A stretch of DNA of 64,000 nucleotides, taken from NCBI GenBank assembly GCA_963728405.1, contig CAVSJV010000003.1:1-64000 (forward strand), read 5' to 3'. The translations under genes were made by a program, and so were the position numbers. The notes beneath the pieces were generated by a model. The model saw only the letters and a program-made list of their open reading frames with translations. It made no database searches and was not told the origin of the DNA. The stretch is from Methanomassiliicoccaceae archaeon. GTDB taxonomy: Archaea > Thermoplasmatota > Thermoplasmata > Methanomassiliicoccales > Methanomassiliicoccaceae. Positions 30,694-42,426 of this stretch are shown piece by piece. Numbering within the stretch: position 1 is the first letter of the stretch; each line of letters opens with the position of its first letter.

Positions 30694-33267
30694 CTACCCA
30701 TCCGGAAAGATGATCTTGAAGTCGGAGCCCTTGCCTTCCTCGGACTCCACCCAGATACGGCCTCCATGACGCTCGACAATGCGCCTGCAGATGGCGAGGC
30801 CCATTCCCGTGCCAGGATATTCCTCTCGCGTGTGGAGGCGCTGGAACATCTCGAAGACCCTATCCTTATGCTGAGAGCCGATCCCTATTCCGTTGTCCTT
30901 CACGCTGAAGAGCCAGCCCTCGGCCGTCGGAAGGGCGGAGATATAGATCTCGGGAGGGAGGGGGCCATGGAACTTCACCGCGTTAGAGATCAGATTCTGG
31001 AATAGCATACCTACCTGGGTCACATCGGCTTTCACGGCAGGGAGGCGGTCCCATCTGACCACCGCCTGATCGTCCTTCAAAGCGGGACCGAGATCTAAGA
31101 CCACCTTGCCTAGGACCGCGTTGAGGTCCACAGGTACCAATGGATTGCCCTGGGTGTCGATACGAGATAGGGCCAGGAGGTCCTCGATCATGGTGTTCAT
31201 CCTCCTCGCCCCATCCACAGCGAACTCCACATACTGTCTGCCCCTGGCATCGAGGCCTCCCCCGTACTTGCGGTCCAGGAGATCCATGTAGGCGGTTACC
31301 ATTCTCAACGGTTCCTTGAGGTCGTGAGAGGCCACGTAGGCAAAGCGTTCCAGCTCGGAATTGGAACGGGACAGCTCTTGAGCATTCTGCTCCAACTTCA
31401 CCTCGGCCAGCCGTCGTTCGACGATGGCCCCTATCAGCTTCGCGGAAACGTCGAGCCGATTCTTGGCGACCTCAATCATGAACGGTGGGCGGGACTCGTA
31501 TGTGTCCGCCAATCTTTGCAGTTCCTCCACCGGAACATTATAAAGGGCGCTGATGCGAGCCAGCTCGCCCGGGTCCCTGGGAATGTCCCCGTAGCTGATG
31601 TTGATCACCCCGATCGCCTTTCCGCCGGCTATTATGGGCATGGCATAGATGTGCATCCCCCCATGGCAGGACCAGTCCTGGGGTGCCTTGGACATCATGG
31701 CGAGCCGGGCGGTGTCGTTCCAACACGACTCGTAACAATGCCACTTGCCGCTTCTCATCGCCTCGGCGTCGTCAACGGCCCCGCAGTTCTCTCGTGAAGC
31801 ATGATCGAGCAACCTGCAGTACGGGGACGAGTGAATGCACCGGGAAACGGTCCCATCCCCCTCGATTATGGTCGAGGCGGTATCAAGGAGATTGAGGGAG
31901 TCGAAGATTATCCCGTCGAGCATTTCCCCGCCCAATGTATCCATTATCAATCCACTGCCTTTGATGGAGGACATATCGGCTTGAGCATTGGCCATTCCGA
32001 CCGCGGCTATCTGATCGACATTCTTGGTGAGGACCCATTCCAGGCGTTGCAGGGCCTTCTGCGATTCCCTCTGCTCGGTGACATCCTGGCCGACGAAAAG
32101 ATATCCGATGAGCGCACCACTGCTGGAATGCAAAGTGGTCACTCTCCAGTCGATCTCCCTGACCCGGCCGTTCTTTGAGGTCAACTTCGCCGAGAATCCG
32201 GCGCCGGAGGGCTCCTGGTCCGAGAGGGAGATGGCATTTTCGACCTTAGGACGATCCTCAGAGCTGACCATCACCTCCGACCAGTTACGGCCCTTCAGGT
32301 CCTGGTCCGACCATTCCGAGACCTTTTCCAAGTAGGGGTTGGCACTGGTGATCGCCCCATCGAGGTCGGTCATGAAGATGGGGGCCCCGGCCGAGCGGAC
32401 AAGCCTCTCCGCATACTCTTTCTGCTCCGTTAGGGACGCTTCGTTCCTCTTCATCGACAGGAACACCAGCTTGTTCGGCGCGGTTATCCCTGTTCTTACT
32501 ACGGCCAGAAAGATAAGGTAAAAGGCGAGAGCAGAGGTAAGGTGTCCCAGTAGGTTCAGAATGCTAAAGAAGTCGAAGTATAGGGTGAAATAGAACTCAG
32601 ACACCCCGGTCAGGACGACTGCAACTAGGAGTAGGTCGAAGACCTTAGTATCGAACTCCCCTCGTTTTCTCACCAGGAAGTAGGCCGAGAGGGCCAGGAT
32701 GAAAATGATGATGTATTCACTATAGACCTTGAAGGGGGTCAATCCGGAGCCGTCAATATAGGTAACGGGGAAGAGGCCACCGAAGATCAGCCCCAGCAGT
32801 AGCGCCGCAACGGCCAGATACCCGATCAAGACCGCCCCCCACCTCATCCTTCTCCCCAATACGAACGTGGCCAGCAACATCGAGAACGCAAGAACGGACC
32901 TTTCTGCCACCCACAACTGAGTGGGCAGGTCCGTGGTCGCTCCAGGAACGATGTTCATGCCTTTGTAGGATACAACATGGGCGATATTGAGGATGCCAAC
33001 GCACAGCGCCGCCACCCCCACCAGAACCAGGTAATTATTACCGATGTATGGGCGGGAGTTCCAGAGGATCACAAAGGTGCACAGCAAGATCACCGTGATC
33101 ATTATCTCCGTTATGGTATGGAACAGCGGATAGCTCACACCTGAGATGACGATAAGCAGGGTGATGATCGTTGCTCCTCCGATGAGCTCGGTCAGATGAC
33201 CCCTAATGCCGGAATACTGTCTTGCGACCGCCTCACCGGGACCACTTGGTTCGGCCCCTTGCCCCAT
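30694..33267 (-). CDS. Membrane sensor histidine kinase (MASE3-PAS-PocR-HisKA-HATPase)
   Basis: YPLFHT..E multi-TM region, PAS, Cys-containing PocR-like segment, ASHDLKEPLR, NLISNAVK, DNGIGI, GTGMGL. Start uncertain; the ORF is open to 33456. Confidence 0.9.
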   Translation of the reverse strand: MGQGAEPSGPGEAVARQYSGIRGHLTELIGGATIITLLIVISGVSYPLFHTITEIMITVILLCTFVILWNSRPYIGNNYLVLVGVAALCVGILNIAHVVSYKGMNIVPGATTDLPTQLWVAERSVLAFSMLLATFVLGRRMRWGAVLIGYLAVAALLLGLIFGGLFPVTYIDGSGLTPFKVYSEYIIIFILALSAYFLVRKRGEFDTKVFDLLLVAVVLTGVSEFYFTLYFDFFSILNLLGHLTSALAFYLIFLAVVRTGITAPNKLVFLSMKRNEASLTEQKEYAERLVRSAGAPIFMTDLDGAITSANPYLEKVSEWSDQDLKGRNWSEVMVSSEDRPKVENAISLSDQEPSGAGFSAKLTSKNGRVREIDWRVTTLHSSSGALIGYLFVGQDVTEQRESQKALQRLEWVLTKNVDQIAAVGMANAQADMSSIKGSGLIMDTLGGEMLDGIIFDSLNLLDTASTIIEGDGTVSRCIHSSPYCRLLDHASRENCGAVDDAEAMRSGKWHCYESCWNDTARLAMMSKAPQDWSCHGGMHIYAMPIIAGGKAIGVINISYGDIPRDPGELARISALYNVPVEELQRLADTYESRPPFMIEVAKNRLDVSAKLIGAIVERRLAEVKLEQNAQELSRSNSELERFAYVASHDLKEPLRMVTAYMDLLDRKYGGGLDARGRQYVEFAVDGARRMNTMIEDLLALSRIDTQGNPLVPVDLNAVLGKVVLDLGPALKDDQAVVRWDRLPAVKADVTQVGMLFQNLISNAVKFHGPLPPEIYISALPTAEGWLFSVKDNGIGIGSQHKDRVFEMFQRLHTREEYPGTGMGLAICRRIVERHGGRIWVESEEGKGSDFKIIFPDG

Positions 33268-33503
33268 CCCTATCGACGATGGTTTGTACAGTTTATAAAT
33301 TCGTGCAATGTTCATCAAGGACCACGGATATGGTGTCGTCCTTCCAGCCCCAAAGGGGCGATGCTGTTGTGGAACAGGGAGCCGACGATACAATACAAAA
33401 TGCCCCCCTAAAACACCCCCTGTGCCCGATCGATTGCATTTGTCACAGATCCACACCGATTCCGCGGACCGCAGTGGTGGGCCGCCCTAAGATAGAGTAA
33501 AAT

Positions 33504-34706
33504 ATGGCGTTCAATCTCTTCGACCATATGGAACCGGAGGTGGTGGTCATCGGCGGCGGCCCGGTCGGCAGCACATTCGCGGCCCAGACCGCATCCTGCT
33601 CCACCATCGTGATCGAGGAGCATGAGGAGATCGGCTCCCCAGTGCAATGCACTGGTCTCGTCCATCCACGGGTCGTGGAGATGGCCCGGGCCGAGGGCAC
33701 CGTCCTCAACACCATCACCGGGTTCCGACTTGTTCTCCCGGGTGGGCGGAACCTGGAGGTCCGTTCTGGCGAGACCAAGGCGGTGGTCATCGACCGTGTG
33801 AAGTTCGACCGCATCTGTAGCTCGAGGGCCGAGGAAGAGGGCGCGGACATACTCACCGGCCTTGAGTTCAAGGGGTTCCAGCGCGATGGGCGTCGGTTGC
33901 GGATCAAACTGAAAGGCCCGAACGGCCCAGAGGAGCTGAGCACCGACCTGCTGGTCGGCGCGGACGGCTACAAGTCCCGGGTGGGGAAAGAGGCCGGGAT
34001 CGGTCCCCCTCGCGAGGTGGTGCGGGGAATCCAGGTCGACCTGGACGTTCGGATGGACGAACAGTCGCTGGTCGAAGTGCTCATCGGGCAGAAGGTGGCT
34101 CCGGGCTTCTTCGCCTGGGTCCTGCCCTGCGGCGACTTCACCCGGGTCGGGCTGGGCGTGGCGAACGCCAATGGGGCTCCGAGCAAGTACCTGAGCGCGC
34201 TTATAAAGCAGAAGGGGCTGGAGGGCGCCGAGAGGCTGAGGATCATCTCCGGAGCGATCCCCATCGGCCCGCCCAAGAGGACCTACGCGGACAATATCCT
34301 CATCGTTGGGGACGCCGCTGCTCAGACCAAACCGCTATCCGGCGGAGGGCTGTATACGGGCATGAGGGCGGCGCGGTGGGCGGCGATGACCGCGGTGGAG
34401 GCGATCAAGGAGAAGGACCTGAGCGCCAAGCGGCTGTCCGAATATGAGGCCCGCTGGAGGGCGGACCTCGGGAAGGAGCTGGACCGGGGCCTGCTCATCC
34501 GCCGGGCCTTCGTCAAGATGACCGACAAGAAGCTCGATGAGGTCGGCCGCTTGCTGGACCGCAACGATGCCAAGGTGGTGCTGGCCACCGGGGACATCGA
34601 TTACCCGTCCAAGATCGCTTCTCCGCTCCTGAGGGCGGTGCCGTCGATCATCAAGTTCTCGCCCCATCTGATCGGTTCGCTCATCAGGGGAGCAAACGGT
34701 AAATAG
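33504..34706 (+). CDS. Geranylgeranyl reductase family flavoprotein (archaeal lipid DGGR-like)
   Basis: GGGPVG, PVQCTG, GADG, PGFFAWVLP, GDAAAQ..SGGG. Confidence 0.92.
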   Translation: MAFNLFDHMEPEVVVIGGGPVGSTFAAQTASCSTIVIEEHEEIGSPVQCTGLVHPRVVEMARAEGTVLNTITGFRLVLPGGRNLEVRSGETKAVVIDRVKFDRICSSRAEEEGADILTGLEFKGFQRDGRRLRIKLKGPNGPEELSTDLLVGADGYKSRVGKEAGIGPPREVVRGIQVDLDVRMDEQSLVEVLIGQKVAPGFFAWVLPCGDFTRVGLGVANANGAPSKYLSALIKQKGLEGAERLRIISGAIPIGPPKRTYADNILIVGDAAAQTKPLSGGGLYTGMRAARWAAMTAVEAIKEKDLSAKRLSEYEARWRADLGKELDRGLLIRRAFVKMTDKKLDEVGRLLDRNDAKVVLATGDIDYPSKIASPLLRAVPSIIKFSPHLIGSLIRGANGK

Positions 34707-34727
34707 CCCGGTCCTTTTTTCTCGGGC

Positions 34728-35750
34728 ATGCTCCTCGCCAAGGTTCCCCGCTCCCAGGCCGAACAGGTCCGGAAGGTGCTCTTCCGCAAGCGCCTGGGCT
34801 GCAAGGACCGTCGCATCCGGACCGACGGGGACCACATGCTCATCCCGCTCAAGGCCGAACCGCCCCCCGAACTGATCGCGGAGCTGGGCCTCGTGCTGAT
34901 GGACGGAGATGTAAGGGGCAAGACCTGCTACCGGCCGCCCTACGACCTGGTGGTGGAATCGGCTCAGGTCCCCCCGGAGCTGAAGGGGCACTTCCCCCGC
35001 CACTGGGAGATGCTGGGCGATGTTCTCGTCCTCCGTCTGCCGGATGAGCTTGTTCCCCATCAGAGGGCGGTGGCCGAAGCGTATGCCGGGGTCCTGAACG
35101 CCCGCACCGTGCTGAAGGACCGGGTCCGCATCGACGGGGTCTTCCGCACCCCCGACATGGAGGTGCTGTGGGGCCACGGGACCGAGACGGTCCACTACGA
35201 GAACGGCCTCTTCTACAAGCTGGACGCGGGCCGCATCATGTTCTCTTCCGGTAACATCGACGAGAAGCTTCGCATGGCCTCACTGGATTGCCGCGGCGAG
35301 ACGGTGGTGGACATGTTCGCTGGGATAGGTTACTTCACTCTTCCCCTGGCGGTGCATGCGCACGCATCTACGATCATTGCCTGCGAGATCAATCCGCTGG
35401 CCTTCCACTACCTTGAGGAGAACATCAGACTGAACAGGGTCGGGTCGATAGTACGGCCAGTGTTGGGAGATAATAGGGAGCTTCCGGGCCAAGGGATCGC
35501 CGACCGGGTCATCATGGGCTACGTCCGGACGACCGCGCAGCACCTGGAGAAGGCGTTCGCGCTGGTGCGGAAGAACGGCATCATCCACTACCAGGACACA
35601 TTCCCGCTGGAAGTGTTCCCCCAGATGGCCATCGACAATGTCACTGAAGCGGCCAAGGGAAGGAAGTTCAGGATCGAACTTGTTCGTGAGGTGAAGTCCT
35701 ACTCGCCGGGCGTCTCCCACATGGTCCTGGACATCCGGGCCTTAGACTAA
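34728..35750 (+). CDS. taw2: Trm5/Tyw2-family SAM-dependent tRNA enzyme, Taw2-like
   Basis: MFSSGN..EK, DMFAGIGYF, CEINP, ADRVIMGY (GY rather than the NLP of Trm5), HMVLD. Confidence 0.75.
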   Translation: MLLAKVPRSQAEQVRKVLFRKRLGCKDRRIRTDGDHMLIPLKAEPPPELIAELGLVLMDGDVRGKTCYRPPYDLVVESAQVPPELKGHFPRHWEMLGDVLVLRLPDELVPHQRAVAEAYAGVLNARTVLKDRVRIDGVFRTPDMEVLWGHGTETVHYENGLFYKLDAGRIMFSSGNIDEKLRMASLDCRGETVVDMFAGIGYFTLPLAVHAHASTIIACEINPLAFHYLEENIRLNRVGSIVRPVLGDNRELPGQGIADRVIMGYVRTTAQHLEKAFALVRKNGIIHYQDTFPLEVFPQMAIDNVTEAAKGRKFRIELVREVKSYSPGVSHMVLDIRALD

Positions 35751-37277
35751 ACTTTCTCCAGGACCTCGTTGGAGCCCGAAGCTTCCAATATGAGCTTGAG
35801 CGCGTTGGCGTAGTCGTCCCCCTTCTCCTCGAGCAGTCGCTTGGCGAACGGGGCGAGATAGTTGCCGTAGTCCATCTCTTCGCGAGTGAACTGCCACGCC
35901 TTGGTCTGCCCCTCGCCCAGCGCGCCGAGGAAGCCAAAGGAGACGGAGCGGAGCTTGTGATCTCCGCCCTTGGTCTTCTCGATCTGCCGGAGCGCCGCCT
36001 CCTTTCCTTCGGTCTTGAAGATGCGGGCGATGTGGTCGGCATAGCTTCCCACCGGACCGAGCTTGCGGAACGAGGGCAGGGCGGCCTCGACCTCCTTGTA
36101 CCCTTCGACCCGTGCCGCCTCCACCACCATCTGTGAGGGGGTCAGCTCGGAGCGCTCTGCCAGCACCCTCTTCACTACATCTGGGGATGAGACCGCCGCC
36201 AGCAGTGCATCGCGGTGCTCCGGCCATAGGTCGGAGATGAGGTTGGCCGTCTGGTCGGTCCTTGACAGCACGCACATCTTGTTCGCGGAGAGGAACTTGG
36301 AGATCGCCTTCTTCTCGGCATCGGAGCCGCGGAGGGCGTCGAGGAACCGCTGGCGGTCCTTGCCGTAGCATTCGTCGCCGATCAGATACACCTCGTCCTC
36401 CTGTTCCCTGATCGCCTTGGCCCTTGATCGGGCGTGCTCGTCGAGCAGGTCGGAGTCGGTGATCTCCGCCTTCAGGTACCGCTTGATGAGGTCCTTCGGT
36501 AGCGTGTAGGCGCCCTTGACCCCGCAGTCCGGGCAGTTGGAGGTGCACTTCAGGTCGCTGATGACCTCGACCTCGAAATCGTCGGTAGGGTCCTTGGCAG
36601 CGATGCGGCTAGCCAGCACGTGAACGACGTTGGCATCCTTGGCACAGGCCGGGCAGATGGTCAAGGTGGCCTTCGCGCCCCTCCAATGGACCTTGATGCC
36701 CCGGCCATCCTTGACGTGGGGGCAATTGCCCTGGTCGTCCAGGTCATAGGGGAGCAAAGAGATCGCCTCGTCCACGCTACTCCTGCGGCGGGGCCGCGCC
36801 GTCCGGGGAGCAGATGGCGCATTCTTCCGTCGAGTAGATGTGCAGTCCCCGCTTCTGGGCCGCATCCCACAGCGCTAGGAGGCGGAACTCGGGATGATCG
36901 TAATGCTGGACGCCGATGAGCTTGTTCTTGTCCACCTTCCCCCGGACGGCGTAGGAGACCTCTCCCAAGGGCGTGCGGGCGGCGGCCAGGTAGGGGATCT
37001 TTCCGGCGAGGTGCAATGAGATGGTGGCGGCATAGGCGCGGACCAGGTGGTCCCCCCAGTTCATGGAGAACTCCAGCTTCTTGGGGTCGAGCCGGCGCTC
37101 CGCGACCTTGGCCATCTTGACCTGGGCCTTTTTCAGGTCGCACCTCCGGCATTCCTTGGTGCATCTGGGCATGAGCAGTTTTGGGTCTAATGCCAGCATC
37201 CTTGATTTTTCCAGAAGGTCCTTCTCAAGGGTCTTGGGGGCGGCCTTGGCGCCCCGGAACCTCGCACGGCGTCCCAT
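35747..37277 (-). CDS. Conserved hypothetical Cys-containing protein split by one indel near 36780
   Basis: ORFs 36777-37277 and 35747-36865 overlap and join (..GAAPPQE/..VDEAISLLPY). Confidence 0.7.
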
Positions 37278-37407
37278 ATACCGCCCCTACGTTGCGGGGA
37301 TTCTTAAGGGTTAGGATGGAATCCGTCGCCTCGATCTCGGATTTTATTCATTGTTTCCTGGCGAGAGCGTCACTATCTGGTATAATTATCCTAATTCAAG
37401 CATATTC

Positions 37408-38166
37408 ATGAACGAAGATATTTATCCGCGGATGGTGTTGCCAGGCCGGGATGCATTGTCCGAAGGTCAGGACTATTATCGCGGCTATGTCAAGGGCTAT
37501 GAGAGGGGCCTTAACCAGGCATGGGACGAGCTCATCGGCCTCACCACCAAAGGGTTCAGCCCCAGGGAGATCCAGGTGATGGCCAAGAGCAAGCGCCAGT
37601 CCATCAACCAGATGGTCAAGGACGTCAAGCTCAATATCAAGGAGGAGACCGGCATCGACCTGATCACCAAGCCATCGGTGAAGGTCAGCGGCAGCAAGGT
37701 GGTACCAGGCAACGCCTACATCATCGAGAGCAATTCGGTCACTCGAGCCTTAACCATCATGAACGAGCTGACCTCCGACGGCACCAAGGGCATGTGCATT
37801 CTGAGAAGCTTTCCCGGCAACTTCCAAGGCGCCCTCAACGAGAGTATCGCTTCGTTCTGGCTGACCAAACATGAGAGTGGCGGGCGGGACGACGGCCTCT
37901 ACCCTACATTCTCCCCGTCGGAGATGGCCAAGATCATCACCGAGACCAAGAAGTTCATGCTGGAGGAGGAGAGCAGGGTCGTGCTGCTGGAAGGGATCGA
38001 GTATCTCATCATCCAGAACGATCTCAACGGTGTGCTGAAGTTCCTGCAGGCCCTGGTGGACCAGGTCGTCATCACCAAGAGCGTTCTACTGCTGGCCATC
38101 TACCCCGCGGCCATGGATGACCGCGCCCTCAGCAACCTGAAGTGCAACATCGGCTCGATGCTGTGA
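37408..38166 (+). CDS. DUF835 (inactive KaiC-like) domain protein
   Basis: PGNAYII, GMCILR..P, FWLT, VVLLEGIEYLIIQN..VLKFL. Confidence 0.85.
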   Translation: MNEDIYPRMVLPGRDALSEGQDYYRGYVKGYERGLNQAWDELIGLTTKGFSPREIQVMAKSKRQSINQMVKDVKLNIKEETGIDLITKPSVKVSGSKVVPGNAYIIESNSVTRALTIMNELTSDGTKGMCILRSFPGNFQGALNESIASFWLTKHESGGRDDGLYPTFSPSEMAKIITETKKFMLEEESRVVLLEGIEYLIIQNDLNGVLKFLQALVDQVVITKSVLLLAIYPAAMDDRALSNLKCNIGSML

Positions 38167-38284
38167 GCGAACAGCGGCAGATGAGATCGGGCACCGCCCC
38201 GCCGCTCAGGTAGTTCGGCGCTTCATCGATGGGGCATGGCTTCGGCCAATGTACAGCCCCGTGGATCGACCGTCTTGATCTCTA

Positions 38285-38557
38285 TCATTTCGACAGATAG
38301 ATCTCGATCGACGATACGTTATTGCTCTGACCGCCCTCGTCGGTCAACTGCTCGGTGTCGATCTTGATGTCCATGACCTTGGCGTCCCGGACGAAGCGAT
38401 GACGGACGATCTCCGCCACGTCCACCGCCCGGCTGATGGCCTTCCCGCGGGCCTTGATGATGACGTCATTTGAGCCGCCGTTGAACTGGGTGGCCACGGC
38501 CAGCACGTAGTTCATGGTGGGTTTCTTGCCGATGTAGACGGTGTTCTCCTCGGACAT
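38285..38557 (-). CDS. albA: DNA/RNA-binding protein Alba
   Basis: [35 protein letters not shown]. Confidence 0.97.
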   Translation of the reverse strand: MSEENTVYIGKKPTMNYVLAVATQFNGGSNDVIIKARGKAISRAVDVAEIVRHRFVRDAKVMDIKIDTEQLTDEGGQSNNVSSIEIYLSK

Positions 38558-38652
38558 GCTCGATCCCTGTGATCTAGACAAATGAACTACGAGCGCCATA
38601 TTAATCGTTTGTTGGAAAAAGTAATAATTGCTGGCCTTGCGGCCAGAGATGC

Positions 38653-39291
38653 TCAGTACTGACGATGCTCGGTGAAGTAGCGCATCATGATGCGACGCTG
38701 TCCCTTGCGCAGGATCTCCGAAAGCGTAGAGGTCGAGATGTTGAACATCTTGGCCAGCTCCCGGAGCCCGATGCGGCGCGGGAAGTCAAAGTAACCGCGC
38801 TCGAACGCCATGCGAGTGATCTGCTCCTGGCGCATCGTCAGCTCGTCGGTGTCGGTCATCTCGGTCAACTTTACGAGCTTAGGCTTGGCGTTGATCTTCT
38901 TCAGGTTGTCGATCAATTCGGCCAGTGACTTCTTCTGCGTCACCAGCATCGTCCAGCTCAACCGGCCTTCCTTGGTGGTGGTCGAGCTGGTCAGGAAGCA
39001 TTCAGAACCGGCGAGCAGGCGGCAGACCACGCAGTGGTTGGTCGAGAAGACCGCCAAGGCCTTACCCTTATCGATAGCGCTGATGTCGACGTTGAAGATG
39101 TTAGGGTTGTTGCGGACCTGCTCAATGATCTTTGGAAGGTCCTCCTCGTTCTCGACCTCGATCTGCACAAGGTCCCGGACCCCCTCCTTCATCGCCTTCG
39201 AATCGATGATCTTGATGACCGAGGGGTACTGCTCCACCACATCAGTAATCCAGTTATCTGGCAGCTCCAATGATACGATCGCTTCCATCAT
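38653..39291 (-). CDS. HTH_10 (bacterio-opsin activator-type) transcriptional regulator
   Basis: [33 protein letters not shown]. Confidence 0.9.
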   Translation of the reverse strand: MMEAIVSLELPDNWITDVVEQYPSVIKIIDSKAMKEGVRDLVQIEVENEEDLPKIIEQVRNNPNIFNVDISAIDKGKALAVFSTNHCVVCRLLAGSECFLTSSTTTKEGRLSWTMLVTQKKSLAELIDNLKKINAKPKLVKLTEMTDTDELTMRQEQITRMAFERGYFDFPRRIGLRELAKMFNISTSTLSEILRKGQRRIMMRYFTEHRQY

Positions 39292-39315
39292 TGCTATCTC
39301 TGCCCGTTATGCGGT

Positions 39316-40568
39316 CTAAGGATAAATCCCTCGCAGCTCCATCGCTTTCACTACTTCCTGCACCGCCAGGACTGTACGCTCCGGTCCGCAGATCGGTCTT
39401 CTTCTCCGAGGCGGTCGTGTACACCCGATTGAACGCCGCGGTCATGATACGGTTGAGGCGTTCGTTGACCTCCGCGAGAGACCAGAAGAAGAACTGCAGG
39501 TCCTGCACCCATTCGAAGTATGAGACCGTGACCCCGCCCGCATTGGCCAGCACGTCCGGGATGAGCATCATTCTACGCTCGAAGAGGATGCTGTCCGCTT
39601 CCGGGAGGGTCGGTCCGTTCGCTCCCTCCGCCACGATCTGCGCCTTTATCCGGTCAGCGTTGGCACCGGTGATGACACCTTCCAGCGCGGCCGGTACCAG
39701 AACGGTGCAGTCCAGCTCGAGCAGTTCTTCGTTCGTGATGTTGGTGGCCTGGAAAAAATCCTTGACCGAGCCTGTGACCCTCTTGTGCGCCTCCACCTTC
39801 ATGATGTCCAGACCCGACGGGTCGTAGATCCCCCCGCTGGAATCAGATACTGCCACTACCTTCATGCCCAGCTCGTCCCTCAACAACCGTGCGGCGTTTC
39901 CGCCAACGTTGCCGAAGCCCTGGACGGCCACGGTGGACTGCTTAGGGTCCATCTTCCGGGCGTTCATGGCCTCCCGCACGCAGTACATCAGGCCGCGGGA
40001 TGTGGCCTCGCTCCTCCCCTCCGAACCGCCCAGGGGCAGCGGCTTGCCGGTGACGACCGAGGGAGTGGGCTCCCCAATGGTCATCGAATAGGTGTCCATG
40101 ATCCAGGCCATGGTCTGGGCGTCGGTGTACACGTCCGGGGCCATGATGTCCACTTCCGGTCCGATAATGGGGGAGACCTCGACGGTGAACCGCCGGGTCA
40201 TGCGCTCGAGCTCCCCCTTGCTCATGGCCTTGGGGTTGCAGATAATGCCACCCTTCGCCCCGCCGTAAGGGATGCCCACGGTGGCGCACTTCCAGGTCAT
40301 CCACATCGACAAGGCACGAACCTCGTCCAGGGATACGTTAGGATGATATCTCAGACCGCCCTTGCACGGCCCCCGGGCGCTGTTGTGCTGGACCCGGTAG
40401 CCGGTGAACACCCGGATGTTGCCATCGTCCATCTTGACCGGGAAATTGGTGGTGAATTCCCTCTTAGGCCGGGTCAGCATCTCCACCATGCCCTTGTTCA
40501 GACCTAACATGTCCCCGACAGTTATGCACCTGGCCTACGGCGACCTGATACGGATTGAACTTGTCCAT
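39316..40568 (-). CDS. gdhA: Glutamate dehydrogenase (indels near both ends)
   Basis: GYRVQH..RGPCKGG, MTWK, GGAKGG, APDV, QGFGNVG, EGANGP, NAGGVTVSYFEW. Corrected ends are MDKFNPY.. and ..LRGIYP*. Confidence 0.95.
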
Positions 40569-40667
40569 GTGATCTCCTCACTTCCCAGACCCATCCCCTG
40601 AAAGGTCAATTAGTTCAATCGTGTTTATGTGATATAAGCTTCCACCAAATAACATCGAGGCCCCCGA

Positions 40668-42389
40668 ATGACCAACGCCGAGATCGCCAGCATCCTGTAC
40701 GAGTTCGCCGAGCTGATGGACCTGAAGGACGACATGTTCAAGCGGAACGCCTACCGCAAGGCGGCCCAGAGCATCGAATCGCTGGACGGGGACGTGCGAA
40801 CCTATTATGAGCAGGGGAAGCTGGAAAGGATCCCTGGCGTCGGCAAGGCCATCGCCCAGAAGATCATAGAGGTGCTCGATACCGGCCGATCGAGGAGGCT
40901 TGAAGAACTGCGGCTGGAGTTCCCGCCCGGCATCATCGAACTGATAAAGGTGCCGGAGATCGGGCCGAAGACGCTTGTCCGCCTCTACCAGGAGCTGGGG
41001 GTCAAGAACCTAGAAGAGCTGAAGCAGGCCGCCCTCCAGCACCGCATCAGGGACCTTAAGGGGTTCGGCGAGAGGTCCGAGGACAATATCCTCAGGGGCA
41101 TCGATATCGTGCTGGGACAGAGCGGCAGGATGCTGCTCGGGGACGCCCTGCCGATCGCCCAGACCATCGCCGGATACCTGCGGGACCGGGGCGGGTGCCA
41201 TCACGTCAGCGTGGCCGGAAGTCTGCGGCGAATGAAAGAGACCATCGGAGACATCGACCTTCTGGCCGGGAGCGACGAGCCGATGAATGCCATGGACCTT
41301 TTCACATCGTACCCTCGAGTGGCGTCCGTCATCTCCAAGGGGCCGACCCGCTCCACCGTCCGCCTGAACAACGGCACCCAGGTGGACCTGCGGGTCGTCC
41401 CGGCCTCCAGCTACGGGGCGGCGCTGCAGTACTTCACCGGCTCCAAGGAGCATAACGTGGAGATGCGGCGGATCGCCATCCAGCAAGGCTACAAGCTCAA
41501 TGAGTACGGCCTGTTCAGGAAGGACGATGAGAGCAAGGTGGCGGGGGCGGACGAGGAAGAGATCTACCGCATCCTGGGCCTTGACCATATCCCTCCGGAA
41601 ATGAGGGAGGATCGGGGCGAGATCGAGGAAGCCCAGAAGCACCGCCTGCCCAAGCTCGTGCACCTGAAGGACATTAAAGGCGATTTTCACATCCACACGG
41701 TCATGAGCGACGGTCATGCCACCATGCGGGAGGTCGCCACCGAAGCAAAGCGCCGCGGCTACGAGTATATCGGGGTCACCGACCACTCGCGATCGCTGCG
41801 CATCGCCAACGGGTTGAGCATCGACGACCTGCTCGCGTCGGTGGAGGAGGCGAAACAGCTCACCGGAGAGCTGGGCATCGATGTGCTGAGGGGGACCGAG
41901 GTCGACATCATGGAGGATGGTTCGCTCGACTACCCAGACGATGTGCTGTCCCAGCTGGACTATGTGATCGGCTCGGTCCATTCGCACTTCAAGATGGAGA
42001 GGGAGGAGATGACCGAGCGCGTGCTGAAGGCCATGTCGGACCAGGAGCTGAACATCCTCGGGCACCCGTCGGGACGGCTTATCGGCAAGCGGGAGGCGTA
42101 CCACATTGACCTGGACCGAGTGATGAGGGAAGCGAGCAGGATGGGCGTCATGCTCGAGCTGAATGGCTTCCCCGACCGCATGGACCTGAACGACCTCAAT
42201 TGCCGCAAGGCCAAGGAGCGCGGGGTGATGCTGTCCCTGGGGACGGACGCCCATCGCCTCGAACATCTGGACAACATGCAGCTGGCAGTAGGGACGGCCC
42301 GGAGGGGCTGGCTGGAGAAAGGGGACGTGCTGAACACCCGCTCGCTGGAAGAGGTGAAGAGAATATTCTCCCGCCCGGGAAGCACCTAA
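40668..42389 (+). CDS. polX: DNA polymerase X with PHP domain
   Basis: AYRKAA, HhH motifs, GSLRR..GDIDLL, YFTGSKEHN, LNEYG, HIHT..SDG, TDHS, TDAH. Confidence 0.95.
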   Translation: MTNAEIASILYEFAELMDLKDDMFKRNAYRKAAQSIESLDGDVRTYYEQGKLERIPGVGKAIAQKIIEVLDTGRSRRLEELRLEFPPGIIELIKVPEIGPKTLVRLYQELGVKNLEELKQAALQHRIRDLKGFGERSEDNILRGIDIVLGQSGRMLLGDALPIAQTIAGYLRDRGGCHHVSVAGSLRRMKETIGDIDLLAGSDEPMNAMDLFTSYPRVASVISKGPTRSTVRLNNGTQVDLRVVPASSYGAALQYFTGSKEHNVEMRRIAIQQGYKLNEYGLFRKDDESKVAGADEEEIYRILGLDHIPPEMREDRGEIEEAQKHRLPKLVHLKDIKGDFHIHTVMSDGHATMREVATEAKRRGYEYIGVTDHSRSLRIANGLSIDDLLASVEEAKQLTGELGIDVLRGTEVDIMEDGSLDYPDDVLSQLDYVIGSVHSHFKMEREEMTERVLKAMSDQELNILGHPSGRLIGKREAYHIDLDRVMREASRMGVMLELNGFPDRMDLNDLNCRKAKERGVMLSLGTDAHRLEHLDNMQLAVGTARRGWLEKGDVLNTRSLEEVKRIFSRPGST

Positions 42390-42426
42390 AGTATATGTCA
42401 GGAGATGGGCTTATTGAGGGCGGAGA

